A stretch of DNA of 64,000 nt from an uncultured Chloroflexia bacterium (GTDB lineage: Bacteria > Chloroflexota > Limnocylindria > Limnocylindrales > CSP1-4), in NCBI GenBank assembly GCA_963707395.1, contig CAVPPQ010000006.1:298-64297 (forward strand). Direction: 5' to 3'. Made by a program: the position numbers and the translations under genes. The notes beneath the pieces were generated by a model that searched no databases, was not told the DNA's origin, and was given only the letters and a program-made list of their open reading frames with translations. This document shows, one piece after another, positions 41,828-56,405 of the stretch (position 1 is its first letter; every line of letters starts with the position of its first letter).

Positions 41828-42370
41828 TCAGCTGGCCGGCGACTCCTCCGCCTCGGGGCCGACAGCCTCGATCTCGGCGGCCAGGCTGGCCGCAGCGCCG
41901 GCGATCGCCGACGCCTGTGCCGCTGCCTGCTCGACGGCTGCGGAGGCCTCGGCCTCGAGCAGCACCTCGCCGCAGCTCAACTCGCCGACCTCATTGATGG
42001 ACGTGCGCAGAGCGAAGATCTGCGGTACCAGGGACTGCACCGCCTCGACGACGGTGGCATCGGAGCTGATGTCGTCGACGGCGGCCCGCAGGTCGTCAGC
42101 CGCGGCCTCGATATCGTCGACCTGTGCATCGCTCAGCGAGCCGGCTGCTTCCTTGACGGCATCAGCCGCGTCCTTGACGCTGGCTGCACCAGCCTCGATC
42201 TCCTCGATGGTGTTCTCTGCACCGAGGGCCCGGAAGTCCTCCACGGACGACGCGAGCGTGCGCAGTGAGTCGCAGAAGGCGACCTTCGGATCGGGTGTCG
42301 GCTCGGACTCATTGCATGCAGCCAGCACCAGCAATGCGGCAGCTCCGACCACCAGCAGACTCCTGTTCAT
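41828..42370 (-). CDS. Helical acidic lipoprotein
   Basis: Lipobox LAAC after a hydrophobic stretch; AAGGAGGT RBS. Confidence 0.8.
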   Translation of the reverse strand: MNRSLLVVGAAALLVLAACNESEPTPDPKVAFCDSLRTLASSVEDFRALGAENTIEEIEAGAASVKDAADAVKEAAGSLSDAQVDDIEAAADDLRAAVDDISSDATVVEAVQSLVPQIFALRTSINEVGELSCGEVLLEAEASAAVEQAAAQASAIAGAAASLAAEIEAVGPEAEESPAS

Positions 42371-42542
42371 GTGACCTCCTTCGATTCGCGTACCTGGCCA
42401 GCGAGGCACGCTAGCCTCCCATCGCACGCGGCGCATCATCCGAAGTGGTCGAGGCGACCCGGGATCCGCCGTGGTCTCGCGACTCCGGCACTGGAAGCAG
42501 GAATGGCTCCGTTCGACCTGAGGCCTGTGCTAGCCTCGCCCC

Positions 42543-43847
42543 GTGGACGAGCGGCGAGGTCAGGAGCCACCCGGGCCGGTCGACGCGACCTCGGCCGAGG
42601 CCGCCTCGGCCGAGCCCACCGTCGGGCGGAGCGAGCCCGTCGCCCCGCAGGCCGGCGCGGACACCGGTGTGATGGCCGCGACAGCGACCACGCCACCCGG
42701 CATGCGCGCTGCCTTCCGACCCTCCCAGGCCCCGAGTCGACCCTTCCTCATCGCTCTCCTGCTGGGCGTCCTCTCCGTCATCGTCTTCGTCCTGTCGGCC
42801 AGCGCCCTCTTCGTCTTCGGGGTCGGCGCGGCACTGGCGTTCTTCCTCGTCCCGGTCGTCGGCTGGCTCGTGCGACATGGCTGGCCACGCTGGCTGGCCG
42901 CCATCGCCGTCGTCGCGGTCACGATCTTCGGGGCGCTCATCGTCCTGTTCACGGTGGTCATCATCATCGTCGAGCAGGGCATCGCCTTCATGGAGAACCT
43001 GCCGACCTACCTCGAGGACCTGAGCGCCTGGTACGAAAGCCTCGACCTGCCGCCCGAGCTGCGCTCAGCCATCGACGCCATCATCGCCTCTGCCCAGGAC
43101 AATGCCGCGGCCGTGGACGAGGAGACGGTCGCCAGTGGCATCATCGGCAGCGCCCTGAGCTTCCTCGGTGGGCTCTTCGCCTGGTTCCTGCTGCCATTCT
43201 TCCTCTTCTACCTGCTCAAGGACCAGCCGCGCATGTCCGCGACGTTCTACGAGCGCGTCCCGGAGCCGTGGAGGGACGATGTCAGCCGCATCCTGACCAT
43301 CACCGTCGGCAACGTCGCCCAGTACTTCAAGGCCGAGCTCTTCGTCGGCTCGATCATGTTCGTCATCATCACCCTGGGCATGCTGGTCATCGGTGCCCTG
43401 ACCGACTCGCCACTGCTCATGCAGTACGCCGTCCTGCTGGGGCTCGTCGCGTTCGTCATGGAGCTGATCCCGCAGATCGGCCCCATCATCAGCTACATCC
43501 CGGCACTCATCCTGGCCCTCGCCTCCGGGCCGGCGGCGATCGTGCTGGTGAGCGTCTACTACTTCATCGCCTTCAACATCGAGGGCTCCATCCTGGTGCC
43601 CACCTTCGAGGGCAAGATGATCAACTTCACGGGCGCGTCCGTGCTCGTGCTCATCGCCATCGGCTTCGCGCTGGGCGGCATCATCGGGGCCATCGTGGCA
43701 CTGCCGGTGGCCTCCATCGTGCGAGACCTCTTCCGACTCTTCTTCGACAAGGCCGTGGCGCAGGACCTCGTGCTGGTGCCGGTCGAGGTGGTGCCGCCTG
43801 CAGGGCAGGTGCCCGTGCCGGGGCAGGGGGCACCTCCAGGACAGTAG
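42543..43847 (+). CDS. AI-2E family transporter
   Basis: Multiple TMs, [30 protein letters not shown]. Confidence 0.9.
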   Translation: MDERRGQEPPGPVDATSAEAASAEPTVGRSEPVAPQAGADTGVMAATATTPPGMRAAFRPSQAPSRPFLIALLLGVLSVIVFVLSASALFVFGVGAALAFFLVPVVGWLVRHGWPRWLAAIAVVAVTIFGALIVLFTVVIIIVEQGIAFMENLPTYLEDLSAWYESLDLPPELRSAIDAIIASAQDNAAAVDEETVASGIIGSALSFLGGLFAWFLLPFFLFYLLKDQPRMSATFYERVPEPWRDDVSRILTITVGNVAQYFKAELFVGSIMFVIITLGMLVIGALTDSPLLMQYAVLLGLVAFVMELIPQIGPIISYIPALILALASGPAAIVLVSVYYFIAFNIEGSILVPTFEGKMINFTGASVLVLIAIGFALGGIIGAIVALPVASIVRDLFRLFFDKAVAQDLVLVPVEVVPPAGQVPVPGQGAPPGQ

Positions 43848-43905
43848 GCGGCACCCGCGCAGCAGGGAGCCGTACCAGGACGGCTCGGCCGATGACACGC
43901 ACTTC

Positions 43906-43942
43906 GAACGCGCGTTCCAAATGCCCCCTCCTGCGCTACACT
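43906..43942 (+). promoter_or_regulatory. LexA box and -10 of uvrA
   Basis: GAACGCGCGTTC 43906-43917; TACACT 43937-43942. Confidence 0.8.
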
Positions 43943-43949
43943 TGTACGG

Positions 43950-47038
<3,089 letters not shown>

Positions 47039-47048
47039 ACTGCGGAGC

Positions 47049-47815
47049 GTGTCGTCGCCTCGCGCCCGTCAGCCAGCTCCCACGGGTCGCGCCGCTGATG
47101 CTCCCCGGCGTCGACCTCGAGCAGCTGCTCCTGACCATCGGGCTACGTCGGCCTGGCCGCCATCATCTTCGCGGAGTCGGGCCTCTTCTTCGGCTTCTTC
47201 CTGCCCGGCGACAGCCTGCTCATCACGGCCGGCGTCCTGGCGGCGGCCCGGCCGGACGTCTTCCCCATCCAGCTCGTCATCGCGCGTCTGCTTCTTCGCG
47301 GCGGTCACGGGCGACGCGGTCGGCTACCTGTTCGGGCACCGCTTCGGGCGACGACTCTACGAGCGGCCCGGATTCGCGCTTCTTCCGGCAGCAGCCACCT
47401 GCTCGCGGCCGAGGAGTTCTACCAGCGCCATGGCGGCAAGACCATCGTCATCGCGCGCTTCATGCCCTTCGTGCGCACCTTCGCTCCCATCGTCGCCGGC
47501 GCCGCCCTGATGCCGCTATCGGCGGTTCGCGGTCTTCAACTTCACGGGTGCCGTCCTGTGGGCGGTCGGGCTGCCCCTGGCCGGATATGCCCTCGGTGAG
47601 GTCATGGGGGACACGCTCGACCGCTGGCTGCTCGTCATCCTGGTGTCGTGGTCTTCGTGAGCCTCTTGCCGAGCCTTCATCCACGTGCTTCGACACAACC
47701 GCGAGGAGGTCTCCGCGCGAGTCCGCAGCTTCGGGCGGCGCGGGGCCGTGCGTGTCGCCGAGGAGCCCACGGACCCCGTCGTCGGGGAGGGGCCGGGCAG
47801 TCGGTCGCTGGCTAA
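47049..47815 (+). CDS. DedA/VTT family membrane protein (frameshifted; ends approximate)
   Basis: [41 protein letters not shown] across frames. Confidence 0.85.
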
Positions 47816-48842
47816 CCCTCGACGCCGCTGTGGTGTCGGCATCGTCACGCCCGACCGCGGCTGGCGGTGCCTCGACGGTCGGCCCTCCGTCACCTGGGCT
47901 TGAGGCCGTTTTCGCGAGTGCGGCTTCCTCCGCCCGCTCGAGGCGCAGGGCCGCTCCAGCGATGATGACGACGGCCACGAACGAGACGCCGGCCGCGAGG
48001 ATGGCTAGCAGCACCGCGCCATCGGGAGGGCCAAGCTCGGTGGACTCCACGCCCTCGGGCCACGGCCAGAGCACCCGGACCGACCCAGCCATGAGCCCGA
48101 TGAGCACCGCCAGCACGACGTCGTGGTGGCGCTGCAGGGCCCGGTGCAGGACCTGGGAGAAGAGCGCCAGGCCGATGACACAGCCGGCCATGAAGGTCAC
48201 CAGGACGATGATGTCCAGCTCGGTGACGGCGGCCAGCAGCGGGCCGTACATGCCCATCAGCACGAGCAGGAACGAGCCTGAGATGCCCGGCAGGATCATG
48301 GCGCAGATGGCGATCGCTCCGGCGATGAAGTAGGCCCAGAGCGGGGGCACGGCCACCGGCAGGACGGACTCCTCACTGCTGCCCCGGACGCCCAGGAGCA
48401 CGAAGACGGCGATGCCGACCGCGAGGATGAGGAGGGCGTGACGAAGGCTGGGCTCGCGAACGAGCCGCCAGGCAACGACCACCGAGCCCGCGACGAGGCC
48501 CAGGAAGATGGCAGCCATGAGCTCCGCCTGCTCGTGCAGCAGGGACTGGATGAGGCGCGCCAGCGAGAGCACGGCGACCAGGATCCCGACGCCAAGCGGC
48601 AGGACGAGGCGCCACTCCACTCTCGAGAGCCAGTCGCGCGACCGCTGCAGATCGAAGCGCAGCAGGTTCCCCAGGCCGAGCGACCCCGCCCTGATGGAGG
48701 CGATGAGCCGCTCGTAGATGCCCAGGACGAGCGCCACCGTCCCACCAGAGACACCGGGGACAAGGTCAGCGGCACCCATCGCGAAGCCACGAGAGGCGTT
48801 CACGAGCAGCTCACGGGGGACGCTCAGGCGCGACGACGACAT
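47812..48842 (-). CDS. DUF368 (undecaprenyl-phosphate translocase family) membrane protein; 3' end approximate
   Basis: [31 protein letters not shown]. Confidence 0.9.
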
Positions 48843-49003
48843 GGACGCGAAGTATAGGAGGCCACCCTCGGGCGCCGGCTGGCGCTCCTCGGTGCGGATC
48901 GGCTCGCGGGCTGTCGCGGACGCAGCGGATCTCCGCTTCGGGTAGCCTTGGCAGGGCCACGACGGCCGGGGGTCGCGTGGCAGCCCGATGATGGAGGCCG
49001 ACC

Positions 49004-49567
49004 ATGATGCTCACACGCGACGATGCCTGGCAGCTGCTCTGCGAGTGGACCGCCAGCCAGAGCCTGCGCCGGCACGGGCTGGCGGTCGAGGCTGCCGTGG
49101 GCTGGTACGCGGAGCACCGCTTCGGTCTCGCCGGCGCCGAGCTGGAGCGCTGGCGCATGGCCGGACTGCTGCACGACTTCGACTACGAGCGATACCCGGA
49201 CACGCATCCGCTGCAGGGTGCGGAGGAGCTGCGCCGCCTGGGCTACCCGGAGGACGTGGTCGAGGCCGTCCTGGGTCACGGGGACCACACGGGCCAGCCG
49301 CGCACGAGCGACATGGCGCACACCGTCTACGCTTGCGACGAGATGAGCGGCTTCGTGGTGGCTGTCGCGCTCGTGCGACCCAACCGGAGCCTCGACGAGG
49401 TCGAGGTCGTGGCCGTCCGCAAGAAGATGAAGGACAAGGGCTTCGCTCGGCAGGTGCCCCGCGACCAGCTCGTCAAGGGTGCCGAGGAGCTCGGCCTGCC
49501 GCTCGAGGACCACATCGAGAACGTCATCGCCGGTCTCCGGACCGTCAGGGAGGAGCTGGGGCTGTGA
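49004..49567 (+). CDS. HD-domain hydrolase
   Basis: H..AVEA, GLLHDFDYE, HP, A.DE..G, KKMKDKGFA. Confidence 0.88.
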   Translation: MMLTRDDAWQLLCEWTASQSLRRHGLAVEAAVGWYAEHRFGLAGAELERWRMAGLLHDFDYERYPDTHPLQGAEELRRLGYPEDVVEAVLGHGDHTGQPRTSDMAHTVYACDEMSGFVVAVALVRPNRSLDEVEVVAVRKKMKDKGFARQVPRDQLVKGAEELGLPLEDHIENVIAGLRTVREELGL

Positions 49568-49998
49568 GCACGCGGATGGTCCGACTGGAGCGCGTCACGG
49601 ACGCGCCGCCTGAACGCGTCTACCGGATGTGGTCCGACCCGGACACCATGACGCAGTGGCTCTGCTACAAGGTGCAGGGCTCGCTGCTTCCCGGCGCCCG
49701 CAGCGTGCTCGTCTTCTCGCGTCAGCGGATCGAGATCGACGTCCTCGAGGCGCAGCCGAACGACCGCTTCAAGTTCCGCTGGCTCCATCCGGGTGACCTG
49801 GGCCTCGCCACGGAGGTCGCCGTCGACATCCGCCCCAAGGGCTGGGGATCGCTCGTCACGCTCACGGATGGTCCGTACGAGACGGCCGACGACGCGGTCC
49901 TCGATGAGTACGCCCGGGCCATCGAGATCTGGGCGGCGGGCCTCACCCAGCTGCGGGCCTCGGTCGACTACTCGGTGGACCTGCGCAAGGAGCGCTAG
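49564..49998 (+). CDS. SRPBCC/AHSA1 domain protein
   Basis: DAPPERVYRMWSDP...QW; overlaps the HD gene stop (GTGA). Confidence 0.8.
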   Translation: MSTRMVRLERVTDAPPERVYRMWSDPDTMTQWLCYKVQGSLLPGARSVLVFSRQRIEIDVLEAQPNDRFKFRWLHPGDLGLATEVAVDIRPKGWGSLVTLTDGPYETADDAVLDEYARAIEIWAAGLTQLRASVDYSVDLRKER

Positions 49999-50018
49999 GC
50001 CCGGCGGCCGTCAGCCGC

Positions 50019-51718
50019 TCACGCGAGCTCCTCCCGGTCGAACGCCTCGCGCAGGAAGCGCGACGGCGCGCCGGGGTCGTACACGATGGTCAGGCTCCGA
50101 CGCGCGCGCGTCCAGGCCACGTAGGCGAGGCGCCGCTCCTCCTCGAGGACCCGCTCCGGCTCGCTGCGACTCGCGGAGCGCCCGGGCGGCCGGGAAGATG
50201 CCCTCGTCGTGCCCGACGCAGGCGACGTGATCCCACTCGAGGCCCTTGGTGCCGTGGAAGGTGGCCAGGGTCAGCGAGCCCTTGGGACCGGGCTGCCCGT
50301 GGACGGTGGGACGCGCTCCCGGCTCGGGGTTCCGACCAGGTCGGAAGCGCCGACCGCGGCGCCGCAGGTGCGTCCGCAGTGCGCGTCGATCCCGGAGGTC
50401 CCGTTGCAGGTCGGCGACGTCCCGATAGGGGGCCGCCCAGGCGAGCAGGGCGGCCGTGAGTGGCGCCTCGAGCCCCGCTTCGCGCGCGGCGGCAGCCACG
50501 GCCAGCAGCGGCGCTTCACCCTTGCGGCGCGGTCGACGGCCCGGTCAACGACCTCGAGCACGCCCGGTCCGTCCAGGAGCAGGCCATCGTCGTCCACCCG
50601 GTAGGGCCACTCGAGCTCGAGGGCCACCGCCGCGTAGGGCATCAGCTCGGCGTTGGTCCGCGCCAGGATGGCCCGCGTGCTGGTGCCCTGGCGCGCACCA
50701 TCCTGCGCCCACGTGGTCAGCAGGAAGCGAGCCCGGGAGACCTCGTCCCCGCTGTCCGGAAGGAGGACGATCGAGCCCTCCGCGGCCGGTGACCAGCGGA
50801 TGACCTTGTCGAAGCGCTCGCGGTTGTGGGCCACCAGGCGTGACGCGCGCCGCACGATCTCCGGGGCGCAGCGGAAGTTCGTCTCGAGGTCCACGCGGCG
50901 CAGGCCGGGCAGGCGGGCGGCGAGGCCAAGGACCCTGCGCACGTCCGCCAGGCGCCAGGCGTAGATGGTCTGGTCGTCGTCGCCCACGAGGAAGACGTCG
51001 CGGCCCTCGCCGGCCAGGAGCACGGCCAGCTCCAGCTGTGTCCGGTCGAGGTCCTGGGCCTCGTCCACGAAGAGCACGGCGGCACGTCCGCGCCAGCGCC
51101 GCAGGAGCATCGCGTCGTCGGTCAGCGCCGGGAGCGCCCGGGCCACGCAGGTCGTCCAGGTCCAGGGCGTCCCGGGCAGCCAGCGCGGCCTGGTACTCGG
51201 CGAAGGCCTCGTGAGTGGCGACATCCTCCGGCGGCGGCCCGCGCTCGGGGTCCAGCTTCAGGCGGGTGAAGGCGTCGTCGAGCCAGCGCAGCGCGTCGGC
51301 CGGCAGGGGGCCGCCGGCCAGCTCCGCCAGCAGCTCGTGGCGCTCCACGAGCCGGGTGACATCCACGCCAGCATCCGCGAGGATGGCCCGCCCCAGGGCA
51401 TGGAAGGTGCGCACGCGCACGCTCCCCGGTGGCGAGCCCGAGCTCTCCGAGGGCACGGTCCGTGCGCTCCTGGAGCTCCTCCGCCGCGCGGCGGTTGAAG
51501 GTCAGCGCGCAGATGCTCGCCGGGTCGACACCGCAGTGCCACGCGCCACGCGATGCGTGCCACCAGGGTGGTGGTCTTGCCCGATCCGGCCGGAGCCACG
51601 CAGAGGACGGGACCCGGGTCGCGTGGTCGCCGCGGCACGCTGGTCCGGCGCCAGTCGTGCCAGCCGTTCGCGAACGGGCGTCGGCAGGTCCGCGGGTCCG
51701 CATCGACGCTCCAGGCAT
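50019..51718 (-). CDS. UvrD/Rep-family ATP-dependent helicase (frameshifted)
   Basis: APAGSGKTT, LTFNRRAA, TFHALG, VDEAQD, VGDDDQTIY.WR, LETNFRC, TFHGTKGLEW, EERRLAYV, PSRFL. Confidence 0.9.
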
Positions 51719-51832
51719 GGCCTGATGATGCGGCTGCGGCGCTTACCGCGCCCGTGTCGCTGCGCCGTACGGCGCTCGTACGCCGTCGCTTCCCAGGCGC
51801 GTGCCGCCGCGCAGTCGCGCTAGCATCCCCGG

Positions 51833-53693
51833 GTGACCCCACGCCTCGCGGCCACGCTCAAGCACCTGCCTGACAAGCCCGGCGTCTACCTGCTCAAGGA
51901 CGCCAGCGGCCGCGTGCTCTACGTGGGCAAGGCGCAGAGCCTGCGCAACCGGGTGCGCCAGTACTGGCAGGCGGGCCGGTCGGCGGCGCCCCTGCGCATC
52001 GAATCGGCCATCGACCAGGTCGTCGACGTCGAGACGACGCTGACCGACACCGTCAGCGAGGCGCTCCTGCTGGAGGCCAACCTCGTCAAGCGCTACCAGC
52101 CGCGCTTCAACGTCCGCCTCAAGGACGACAAGTCGTACCCCTTCATCAAGGTCACCCTGGCCGACGACTTCCCGCGCATCGAGCGCACGCGCAAGCTGCC
52201 CGACGACGGCAGCCGCTACTTCGGACCGTACGCCTCGGCGAGCAGCGTCGACGAGTCGATGAACCTCATCCGGCGCATCTTCCCGTTCCGCACCTGCACC
52301 ATCGAGATCCGCGAGGGCGAGCGCGCCCTCGAGCGACCCTGCCTGCTCTACCACATCAAGCGCTGCCAGGGCCCGTGCATCGAGGCCATCGAACGGTCCG
52401 CCTACCGGCGCGACATCGAGCAGGTCATGCTCTTCCTCGAGGGCCACCAGGAGCAGGTCTCACGGGCGCTGCGCTCCGACATGGAGGCCGCCTCCGAGGC
52501 GCTCCAGTTCGAGCGCGCGGCCGCCCTGCGCGACAAGGTGCGTGCCATCGAGCGGACGATGGAGAGCCAGAAGATGGCCGGCTTCGCCAAGCGCGAGCTG
52601 GACGTGCTGGGCTTCGCCCGCTCGGGCAACGAGGCTGCCGTCCAGCTCTTCGCCATCCGCGACGGCAAGACCATGAACCGCGACATCTTCCTGCTCGAGA
52701 ACCTGGCCGACGCCTCGGACGAGGAGGCCCTGACCGCGTTCGTGAAGCAGTACTACGCCCGCGCCGGCTCCGATCCCGCCGCGGGTGCTGGTGCCCTTCG
52801 AGCCTGGCCGAGGCCGCCGAGCTGGAGGTCTTCCTGGCCAGCCGGGCCGGTCGCAAGGTGCGAGCTGCTCGCGCCCGCAGCGCGGCGAGGGCCGGCAGCT
52901 CATGGAGCTCGCCGCGCGCAACGCCGCCGAGATGCTGGCGCGCGAGCAGGTGCGCTGGCTGGCCGACCAGGGCAAGACCGATCGGCGCCCTGGAGGAGCT
53001 GGCCGAGGCCCTGGGCCTCGCCGCGCCGCCGCAGCGCATCGAGTGCTACGACATCAGCACCATCCAGGGCACCTCCACGGTGGGCAGCATGGTCGTCTTC
53101 GAGGACGGCCAGCCGCGCAGCGGGCGAGTACCGCCGCTTCCGCATCCGCGACGTGGCGGGCCAGAACGACTTCGCCAGCCACCAGGAGGTCCTGCGGCGC
53201 CGCTTCCGGCGCGCGCTGCGACGCCGAGGAGGGGACCGCCGAGCAGCTGCGCTGGCGCCTGCCCGACCTGGTCATCATCGACGGCGGCAAGGGCCAGGTG
53301 AGCGCGGCCCGGCGAGGTCCTCGACGAGCTCGGCCTGCACGACCTGCCCCTGGCCGGCCTGGCCAAGGAGCGCGAGGAGCTCTTCCTGCCCGGCCGCGGC
53401 CGAGCCCATCGTGCTGCCCGCCGACGTCGGGCGCGCTCTACCTGCTGCAGCGCCTGCGCGACGAGGCGCATCGCTTCGCCATCACCTACCACCGCCAGGT
53501 GCGCGCCAGGGCCGCCACGCGCTCGGCGCTCGATGACCTGCCCGGCGTCGGACCGGCGCGCAAGCGGGCGCTGCTGCGCGTCTTCGGGTCCAGCCGCGCG
53601 TCTGAAGGCGGCCACCGTGGACGAGATCGCCGCCGTGCCGGGCATCGGCCGAGCGCGCTGGCGGAGCGGATCCGGGCCCATCTCGACGGCTGA
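51833..53693 (+). CDS. uvrC: Excinuclease ABC subunit C (frameshifted)
   Basis: [41 protein letters not shown], HhH. Confidence 0.95.
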
Positions 53694-53766
53694 GCGCGCT
53701 CCGCCCGCGACGCCTGCCGGGCCTCGACCCGCGGCGCGGGCCGCTGACTCTGTTAACGTCCCGGCG

Positions 53767-55130
53767 ATGCAACGCGCCCTTCCCATCCTCGTCGCTGGCC
53801 GTATTCGTGGTCGCCCTGATCGTCGCCATCTTCCCGCTGCCGCGTCCTGGTGGCAGCGCCGGCGAGCAGCCGAGACGCGCCTCGGCCTCGACCTCATCGG
53901 CGGCCTGCGCGGCGAGTACCAGGTCGTGGCCACGGACGACCAGGCGGTCACGTCGGACATCCTCGAGCAGACCCGCGACGATCATCGAGAACCGCGTCAA
54001 CGCCACCGGCGTCGCGGAGCCCATCGTCCTGACCCAGGGTGCCGACCGCATCTCGGTCGAGCTGCCGGGCGTCGACGACGAGGGCGAGATCCGCGAGCCT
54101 CATCGGCACCACCGGCGTCCTCGAGTTCATGCCCGTGCCCGGCGGCGCTCCAGGGCACGCGTCGCGCGAAGGCCCGCTGCCGGAGGGCATGCAGGACATC
54201 GAGCCCCTCTTCACGGGCATCGAGATCGCCAGCGCCGCCATCGCCCAGGACTCCACCGACGCGCGAGATCGTCGTGGACCTGCAGCTCAAGGACACCGGC
54301 GCCCGGCTCTTCGACGAGTACGCCGCGGAGCACTACGGCGAGCAGTTCGCCATCGTCCTCGACGACCAGGTCATGTCGGCGCCGACCATCCAGGCCACGC
54401 GCTTCGGCGGCCAGGCCCAGATCTCCGGCGGCCAGGGCGGCTTCCCCGTGGAGGAGGCCAACGCTCGTCACCGTCCTGAAGTTCGGCTCGCTGCCGCTGG
54501 AGATCCGCGAGGTCGGCTTCAGCAGCATCTCCGCGCACGCTCGGCCTCGACTTCCTGCACGCAGACGGTCCTGGCCGGCGCTCGTCGGCATCGCCCTCGT
54601 CTTCGCCTTCATGCTCATCTACTACCGCGTGCCGGGCGTCAGTCGCGTGCATCGCGCTGATCTTCTACACGATCTTCGTGCTACGCGCTCTTCCGGCATC
54701 CTGGCGTGACCCTGACGCTGGCCGGCATCGCGGCCTTCGTCCTCTCGGTGGGCATGGCGGTGGACGCCAACATCCTCATCTTCGAGCGCACCAAGGAAGA
54801 GCTGCGCGCGGGCAAGAACCTGACGGCGGCCATCGAGGCCGGCTTCAGCCGCGCCTGGAACTCCATCCTCGACTCGAACGTGTCGACGCTCATCACCGCC
54901 TTCATCCTGTGCTACTTCGGGACCTCGGTCGTGCAAGGGCTTCGCGCTCGTGCTCATCATCGGCGTGCTGATCTCGATGTTCACGGCCATCACGCTCAGC
55001 CGCATGATGCTGCGCTGGGTCGTGCAGCAGCCGTGGGCGCGCCAGGCGCACCTCTTCGGCGTCACCGAGGAGGAGTTCTCGCGCGGACGCCCGCGGCCGG
55101 ACCGCGAGCGAGGTGCCGCGCCGTGTTTGA
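53767..55130 (+). CDS. secD: Protein translocase subunit SecD (frameshifted)
   Basis: [44 protein letters not shown]. Confidence 0.92.
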
Positions 55131-56367
55131 CATCATCGGCAAGCGCCAGCTACGGCTACGTCTTCAGCGCCGTCCTCACGATCCCCGGCCTCATCTTCAT
55201 CCTGCCTGACGTTCATCCCCGGCGCCGGCTGGGCCTGCAGTTCTCGATCGCCTACACCGGCGGCACGATCTGGGAGGTCCACTTCGAGGACGGCACGCCC
55301 GACCCGGCCGACGGTGCGCGCCGTCCTCGAGGAGCAGGGCCTGGACGGTCGAGGTCGCCATCACCACGATCGGACGGCAGGGACTACGTGCTCATCCGCA
55401 CGGAGGCGCTGGCGCTGCGCGAGACCGACGGTCGTCGAGGGCTCGGCCGCCGCCGCCTCGCGTCGGCCTCGCCCGCGGCCGCCGAGCGTCGCGCCCGCCG
55501 CGTCCGCGGCGCCGGTCGCCGCGGCCAGCGTCGGCCGCGCCCGGCCACGCGTCAGCCGCCGCCACGGCCTGCCGTCGCCGCGTCCGCCGCGCCCGCGCCT
55601 GCGACGCCGCGGCTCGTCGCCGTCGCCGGACGCGTCCCCGCGGCCGTCGCCCGCCGACGCCGGCGGCGGCCGGTCGACCGGCGTCCCCACCGAGGGCGAG
55701 TTCGGCGCGCTGGCGACCGCGCTCCAGGAGCGCGTTCGGGCCCATCGACGAGGTGCGCCAGCAGGACTCCGTCGGCCCCGTCGTGAGCGCGGAGCTCATC
55801 CAGCAGACGTTCCTGCTCATCCTCATGCGGCTCGCTGGGCATCATGGTCTGGATCAGCTACCGCTTCCGCGACTTCCGCATGGGCGTCACGGCGCGTCGT
55901 GGCGCTGCTCCACGACGTCATCGTCGTGGTCGGCATCTTCGCCATCCTGGGCACGCTTCATCGGGCTCCAGGTCGACGCCCTGTTCGTGACGGCCATGCT
56001 GACCGTCATCGGCTTCTCCGTGCACGACACGATCGTGGTCTTCGACCGCGTCCGCGAGAACCGCGTCCGCTACGCCGGGCGAGCCGTTCGACGCGCATCG
56101 TCAACCACAGCATCCTGCAGACGCTGGGCCGCTCCATCAACACGTCGCTGACCGTGGTCCTCACGCTGACTCGCGCTGTTCCTGTTCGGCGGCGAGGCCA
56201 TCCGGCCCTTCGCGCTGGCGCTGCTCATCGGCGTCACGTCGGGCACGTACTCGTCGATCTTCGACGCCGTCGCCGCTCTTCGTCGACTGGCACCTCTGGG
56301 ACGAGCGGCGCAAGGCCGGAGCGCGGCCGCTGGCAAGCCGAGCGCGGCCAGGCAAGCCCGGCCGTAA
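55123..56367 (+). CDS. secF: Protein translocase subunit SecF (frameshifted; Ala/Pro-rich insert)
   Basis: [55 protein letters not shown]. Confidence 0.9.
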
Positions 56368-56405
56368 GTCGGCGTGAAGCCGGCGCCGCTCAGCACTGGC
56401 AGCTC

